A stretch of 64,000 nucleotides of DNA from positions 19,769 to 83,768 of the IMG/VR virus record IMGVR_UViG_3300043446_002337; one strand, given 5' to 3'. The notes beneath the pieces were generated by a model, which worked only from the letters and a program-made list of their open reading frames with translations, had not been told where the DNA came from and made no database searches. Origin of the DNA: a virus. A program made the translations under genes and the position numbers. Each line of letters begins with the position of its first letter. Position 1 is the first letter of the stretch. Shown here in pieces: positions 58,773 to 64,000 of this stretch.

Positions 58773-61700
58773 ATGGCTACAGCAAAACCAGCAGATTTTG
58801 AACGTATTGGATATAAAAACGGACGTATTCCTGAGTGTGCACTATCGCCAGTTAAAGGGACTGACGGTGCAAAACTACATCCGCAAGCTGCTGAGCAGAT
58901 GGGTGAATTGTTACTTGCTGCAAAACGAGCAGGTGTAACGTTTACTATTAGTAGTTCATATCGACCACTTGCTGACCAATTTAAAGTTAAAACCGTACAA
59001 GGTCGTGGTGCGGCAACGCCAGGCACATCAATGCATGGATGGGGAACTACGATAGATATTGCAGAGTTATATAATGCAGCGGTAAATACGGCAATACAAA
59101 TGAACCGTACACTACCAGCCAATCAGAAAGTTGATAGATTCAGTGCAGCTGTTCATGCAAAAATTAGAAACGAAAATGCATTATATCGGTGGTTAGATGC
59201 TAATGCTTCAAAGTATGGGTGGGTTAATCCAGAATGGGCACGTAATGGTGGGTCAGTCGATGAGTGTTGGCATTGGGAATATCAAGCATGGCCAACGTTA
59301 CCAACTGGAGCACGACGGTCAACCGTTTCGTCAGTAACCGCACGTTGTGGTCAAGATACTCCACTTCCTACACCACCTACTAGAACCCCAAGAGGATCTA
59401 AACCAAAAGACACAGGTAATATTACTCCATTTATTGGGTCTTTGGAATCATTCCATCCTCGTATCCAATACGAATTAACCAGAAGAAGAATTGCAAGTGA
59501 AACAGCAAACACTTACATGCCGTTTTTCAAACTTACTTCATTGGTTAATATATTACGTGATAATCTCCAAGGCGCAACTCAAGAACAAGCAGAAGTAATG
59601 TTTGGAGACAATCTTGATAAAGATAAGTTTTATGCATGGTGCCCGTCATTAGGTGTACATGGAGAAAATACGGTATCTTTTGACGATATCTATATCCCAC
59701 AAGATAATAGAAGTGTTGTAGCATATGCTACGGCCAATATTAATACATCATCCGAAGAAATTAAATACGGACGTATTCCAATTGTAGTACAAGATTCTAA
59801 TTCAGACCAACGTAACATTCCTATTCCTGGAATTCTAGAAGTTAATTTAGATAAGGGAACTGCTGGTCCTATGGGAGTACGGGGTGGGTTGTTAAAAGCA
59901 GACATTAAAATTGTTGCATATTCAGTCGGTCAAGTTGACACACTATTGAGATATTTCCTCAGACCCGCAACAAGAGTTGTAATGGAATTCGGTAGAAAAT
60001 CTTCTAATCCAAAAGAATCTCCAATTGTAACGTATGATTGGGGTAAACCAGCGGATACTATCTCGCAAGAGTTTACCGATTTAATTTTAGATCCAGAGAA
60101 ACAACAAAAATTTATAAAGGACTACATTTATGCCAGTAACGGAAATTATGAAGTATATCTTGGTTATGTAGTCAAGTTTGACTTAAAATACAACAAAAAT
60201 AATGTGTATGAAATTGGATTGACAATACACTCTGTTCAACAATTCGAATTACCCACAAGACACACTGGGGTTAAGTCTCTATGCGCAGATTCTGTTAGTA
60301 AATGTAGTGCAATGGATGTTCAAGAATATTTTGCAGAAGAATATGCATGGAAACAAAAAACATTCAGTAAATTAATGGCAGATGTTTCTAGAAAGTCTAT
60401 TGATGACCCAACATACGAATGGCATGATGACTTTATCGAAATAAGAAATTCTCAATCTAATTCACAAGGAGCAGGGTCACAAGAGGCAGGACTAAGTGAA
60501 AACGAATACTTTGTATCTTGGAAGTTTTTTGTACAAAAAATACTAGGTGATACACAACTTGGTATTTTGAGTATTATGCCTGATGAGGCTACGAAAAATA
60601 TTGCAAAATTAGGATTACTACGCCCTACTAGAGAAATTACACAAGAAGATATTAACATGGGAAAGGTAGATAATGAACTGATAGCTAATCAGGTCGGATA
60701 TCATCCCGACTTACGGTCTATCGATCCAAATGTTATGGTGATTTATAATCCGACGGCACAAAGTAGAAGATCGTCTAGTGAACAAAATAATTATCAAAAC
60801 TTAATTGACGCCGCAATCACAGACGAATCTCAACGAAATGTATTTAGAAATAATAACGTAATTGAAGGATTCATAACAGGAGAAAATGGTCCTAATGGGG
60901 TTGGAGAATTCAAAAATATAACAGAACCAGGTCGACCAGGTGCATCATATTTAACTAATGGGGTATGGTTAAATACGAAAGCAATCAAACAAGCATTCAC
61001 AACAACAGACACAATAAGTTCAGCGATTAATTCTTTATTAATGATGATGAACGCAGCAACAGAAGGTTATTGGAATCTTCAACTATATTCCTCCGAACGT
61101 CCTGTAGCCGGGTTATACGTAGTTGATATGGGATTATCAAAAAAGTTGACAGCTCTGCGTAAGCCAGTTATTAACAACCAATTACCTTGGATTGACAACG
61201 AAGAAAATGAATCAACAAATGTATTATCAAGTGTAACGGGAGTAAACATCACCCGATACCAATCTTCAACAGAAAAACCCGATAAACCAGCATATATTTA
61301 TATGTTTAATCGGGGTACTAAACGATTCAATGACGGGGAACTTGGTAGTGATTTGATTGATTTAAACGTTGAATTTAATTTACCACAAGTTATTGCCGTA
61401 CAAGCTATAGCAGGAGTGGGTGGTCCTGCACAAAAGAGTACATTACAATCTATTGATATTCCTCAACTAAATAAGATAACACTTATTAAGAATTTGTTTG
61501 CCACGTGCTCACCGCAGAATATTTGTGCACAAGAAGAATGTAATGATCAAGATTTAATAAATTTAAAAAATGAGTGGGACGCAATCCGTATAAATAATAT
61601 AAATAATCAAAGTCCTCTGGTCGTAGGTAGTACAGAATATGACTTTGGTACGGCCGAGGCAACAGGTGGTTCTGTCCTAGTTCCCCTCCGTCGTGATCGT

Positions 61701-62237
61701 AGTGAAGAAGACAAAGCTAAACAAAAATACAATGCCGCACAAATACAACGAACATATGGTAATTCACTGGTAATCAATACTGTACAAGAACTTTCTAGTT
61801 TGGGTACGACACTTAATCTTATTGAATTTAATCCTGGTTCGATGATGAAAAAATTAAATATTGACTCAACTACGGCGGATGCATTAGGTAGTTCTTATGC
61901 TACTCCAAATGCACACGCGTTTAACAGTTCTAATTTAACTAAAACAGTGGTAAACATTACTCTTCCTGGTATTGGTGGAATTAATTTATTCCAATCATTT
62001 TTGGTTGACCGTGTACCTTCCATTTTACAACGTGGATTTTATGTCGTGACCAAACTTACTCACAAGTTCTCGTCGTCTAATGGATGGACAACTTCTATTG
62101 AAGGAAGATTTAGATTCCGACCAGATAGAGAAAATAGTGGAACGGGACAACCATGTGGAGGATTAGACTCCCCTAATGTTCAAGCATCTGGTGGTGGTAC
62201 CCGAGGATTTGCACAAGGATTATACGGAGCTAGATAA
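58773..62237 (+). CDS. Baseplate hub-like protein with N-terminal M15B (VanY-like) peptidase domain
   Basis: SSYR...Q, SMHGWG..ID, E.WHWEY; C-terminal LPGIGG...F.V......H.....W.T hub-like ending. Confidence 0.75.
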   Translation: MATAKPADFERIGYKNGRIPECALSPVKGTDGAKLHPQAAEQMGELLLAAKRAGVTFTISSSYRPLADQFKVKTVQGRGAATPGTSMHGWGTTIDIAELYNAAVNTAIQMNRTLPANQKVDRFSAAVHAKIRNENALYRWLDANASKYGWVNPEWARNGGSVDECWHWEYQAWPTLPTGARRSTVSSVTARCGQDTPLPTPPTRTPRGSKPKDTGNITPFIGSLESFHPRIQYELTRRRIASETANTYMPFFKLTSLVNILRDNLQGATQEQAEVMFGDNLDKDKFYAWCPSLGVHGENTVSFDDIYIPQDNRSVVAYATANINTSSEEIKYGRIPIVVQDSNSDQRNIPIPGILEVNLDKGTAGPMGVRGGLLKADIKIVAYSVGQVDTLLRYFLRPATRVVMEFGRKSSNPKESPIVTYDWGKPADTISQEFTDLILDPEKQQKFIKDYIYASNGNYEVYLGYVVKFDLKYNKNNVYEIGLTIHSVQQFELPTRHTGVKSLCADSVSKCSAMDVQEYFAEEYAWKQKTFSKLMADVSRKSIDDPTYEWHDDFIEIRNSQSNSQGAGSQEAGLSENEYFVSWKFFVQKILGDTQLGILSIMPDEATKNIAKLGLLRPTREITQEDINMGKVDNELIANQVGYHPDLRSIDPNVMVIYNPTAQSRRSSSEQNNYQNLIDAAITDESQRNVFRNNNVIEGFITGENGPNGVGEFKNITEPGRPGASYLTNGVWLNTKAIKQAFTTTDTISSAINSLLMMMNAATEGYWNLQLYSSERPVAGLYVVDMGLSKKLTALRKPVINNQLPWIDNEENESTNVLSSVTGVNITRYQSSTEKPDKPAYIYMFNRGTKRFNDGELGSDLIDLNVEFNLPQVIAVQAIAGVGGPAQKSTLQSIDIPQLNKITLIKNLFATCSPQNICAQEECNDQDLINLKNEWDAIRINNINNQSPLVVGSTEYDFGTAEATGGSVLVPLRRDRSEEDKAKQKYNAAQIQRTYGNSLVINTVQELSSLGTTLNLIEFNPGSMMKKLNIDSTTADALGSSYATPNAHAFNSSNLTKTVVNITLPGIGGINLFQSFLVDRVPSILQRGFYVVTKLTHKFSSSNGWTTSIEGRFRFRPDRENSGTGQPCGGLDSPNVQASGGGTRGFAQGLYGAR

Positions 62238-62242
62238 ATATT

Positions 62243-63781
62243 ATGATAACCCCGCTCAGCAATCGTCCAAAGATAACACCGAATGATATCCTCCAAGGAT
62301 ACGTTATAAGATATTTTGTACAAAATATTTCTATCCCAACAGTTGTTGAAATAGATAAAAATCAATATGATGTAATTAAAAAAGACCCACATTATAATGG
62401 TATAGAAATTAAATGGATTATTGATGGATTTGCAAATGATATCTTAGCATCAGATGGGAAAATCATCTATGGAACAAAACATAAGAACACGGTCACCACA
62501 CAATTCTATGATAAGAAATTACCAGGATTAGCTAGATTATTATCCAATTCATTAGAGTATTTCCAAGGAACTAGAAATCCAGAATTGGTTGTTCCAACAA
62601 CTCAACCAATGTATAATTCCGATGTTGCGGGTACGGGCACTGGTAGAACATTTACTAACTGGACATTTATACCACCAGTAGTCACACCCCCAACATCATC
62701 GTCTTATACCGTACTAAATTTAGCACAAGGCGAAAGTAGTACATTCGTATTAAGAAGTGACAATACGTTATGGTCGTGGGGATGGAATGGTGAAGGTGAA
62801 TTAGGATTAGGTTTAGATACAGTATCCTATGAAAACGTATTTACACCAACACAAGTTACTGGTGCGTGGAATGATGTACAGGCAGGTCCATATACTATGT
62901 TTGCTATAAAATCAGATAATACCTTGTGGGCGGCCGGGTCTAACACAAACGGTCAGTTGGGTGTTGGCGATACGGTAAATAAAAATAATATGACACAAGT
63001 ATCTGGTACTAACTGGTCTAAGGTTGCACCATCTATAAATTATGGTACCCATACATTAGGATTGAAAACGACCGGAACATTGTGGGCATGGGGTGATAAC
63101 GCAAATGGTGAATTAGGTAATGGAACAACGGGTGGAAATGAAACATCACCTATACAAATTGGGTCTGATACTAACTGGTCGTATATTCACGCCGCGTATC
63201 TACGTTCATTCGCTATTAAAACTACTGGAACCTTGTGGGGTTGGGGTAAGAATACTAGTGGAGAATTAGGTGATGGGACTTCTACTTCGCACAATACTCC
63301 TACTCAAGTTGGGGCATATTCGGATTGGACAAAAATTGCAAGTACGTGGCATACATCATTTGGTATCCGTAGTAACGGAACACTATGGGGTACAGGTAAC
63401 CTTTCCGCTATATTAAATGTAGCGGATACGGATACATTTACACAAATAGGGTCGGATACAAACTGGTCTGATATTGTTTGTGGATATGAACAATGTTATG
63501 CTACAAAAACTACTGGTCAAGTGTATGTGTGGGGATATAATGGTAGTGAATACTGTCTGGGATTGGGAGATACCAGTAATAGAGATACTCCTACAATTAT
63601 CAATGCCGATACTGATTGGTCATTGGTTCGTGCAGGAACTTATAGTGGACTCGCAACTAATGGTGGTAATATAACAGTTTGGGGTGATATGTTTGGTGAT
63701 TATCACGGTGTGTCAGACCAAGGTACTGCGGTATCTGTACCAACTACATCCGACTTTTCAAATACATTATTGACTCCTTGA
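62243..63781 (+). CDS. RCC1/BLIP-II repeat beta-propeller protein
   Basis: About seven LW.WG.N..GELG.G.......PTQ repeats after an N-terminal ~115-aa domain and Pro/Thr linker. Confidence 0.88.
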   Translation: MITPLSNRPKITPNDILQGYVIRYFVQNISIPTVVEIDKNQYDVIKKDPHYNGIEIKWIIDGFANDILASDGKIIYGTKHKNTVTTQFYDKKLPGLARLLSNSLEYFQGTRNPELVVPTTQPMYNSDVAGTGTGRTFTNWTFIPPVVTPPTSSSYTVLNLAQGESSTFVLRSDNTLWSWGWNGEGELGLGLDTVSYENVFTPTQVTGAWNDVQAGPYTMFAIKSDNTLWAAGSNTNGQLGVGDTVNKNNMTQVSGTNWSKVAPSINYGTHTLGLKTTGTLWAWGDNANGELGNGTTGGNETSPIQIGSDTNWSYIHAAYLRSFAIKTTGTLWGWGKNTSGELGDGTSTSHNTPTQVGAYSDWTKIASTWHTSFGIRSNGTLWGTGNLSAILNVADTDTFTQIGSDTNWSDIVCGYEQCYATKTTGQVYVWGYNGSEYCLGLGDTSNRDTPTIINADTDWSLVRAGTYSGLATNGGNITVWGDMFGDYHGVSDQGTAVSVPTTSDFSNTLLTP

Positions 63782-63806
63782 CAAACATATACTACTATAC
63801 TATATT
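63778..63806 (+). promoter_or_regulatory. Sigma70-type promoter
   Basis: TTGACA-17 nt-TATATT upstream of GAGG SD and ATG 63835. Confidence 0.8.
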
Positions 63807-63834
63807 TCAATTATAATATATTATTGAGGAACCA

Positions 63835-64000
63835 ATGGTTATTACGACACAAGCAGATTTGACACAACTACATAACCGCCTTCGGGAAGAGACTGCGTAT
63901 GTCTATCCCGTGGCGGTTGACGCATTTCTGCACTCTTCGCAGAATCGTGTAGCGTCACTCCATTTCCTTTTCGATGATGGAACCTCGTATACCGTATCGG
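63835..64000 (+). CDS. 5' part of a gene running off the window (MVITTQADL...)
   Basis: ATG with GAGGA SD, open to window end; function not assignable. Confidence 0.6.
   Translation, partial: MVITTQADLTQLHNRLREETAYVYPVAVDAFLHSSQNRVASLHFLFDDGTSYTVS

Noticed and set aside
1-64000. Stop-codon reassignment as in some jumbo phages
   Set aside because: Genes are full length in code 11; TAA, TAG and TGA all end genes at sensible boundaries
1-64000. tRNA, rRNA, introns or inteins
   Set aside because: Intergenic gaps are very short with no cloverleaf seen; conserved proteins show no intein- or homing-endonuclease-like insertions

Overview
A 64 kb segment of a large, AT-rich, T4-like contractile-tailed (myovirus-type, probably jumbo) phage genome. 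All convincing genes are on the + strand and use the standard genetic code. Layout: (1) 1-7.3 kb, head-neck-tail core (major capsid 3' end, gp13/14/15-like neck, sheath, tube); (2) 7.3-21 kb, five modular fibre proteins, three carrying eight Pro-poor Gly-(Ser/Thr)-(Ser/Thr) tracts; (3) 21-49 kb, a tightly coupled cluster of about 30 genes dominated by glycan synthesis and tailoring enzymes (GT2, four GT10-like paralogs, RmlC, three NAD-dependent epimerases, a split ThDP enzyme, a putative phosphoribosyltransferase plus HAD phosphatase, three SGNH-like proteins, three radical SAM enzymes, methyl-, carbamoyl- and sulfotransferases, APS kinase), ending in a QueC-like/S8 protease module; (4) 49-64 kb, more virion proteins, an SNF2 helicase, a probable frameshifted tail-assembly chaperone pair, tape measure, baseplate genes and an RCC1-repeat protein. 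The strongest candidate for an undescribed system is phage-encoded glycosylation of the Ser/Thr-rich fibres with a heavily decorated glycan. All family assignments come from motif recognition by eye; no database searches were run.
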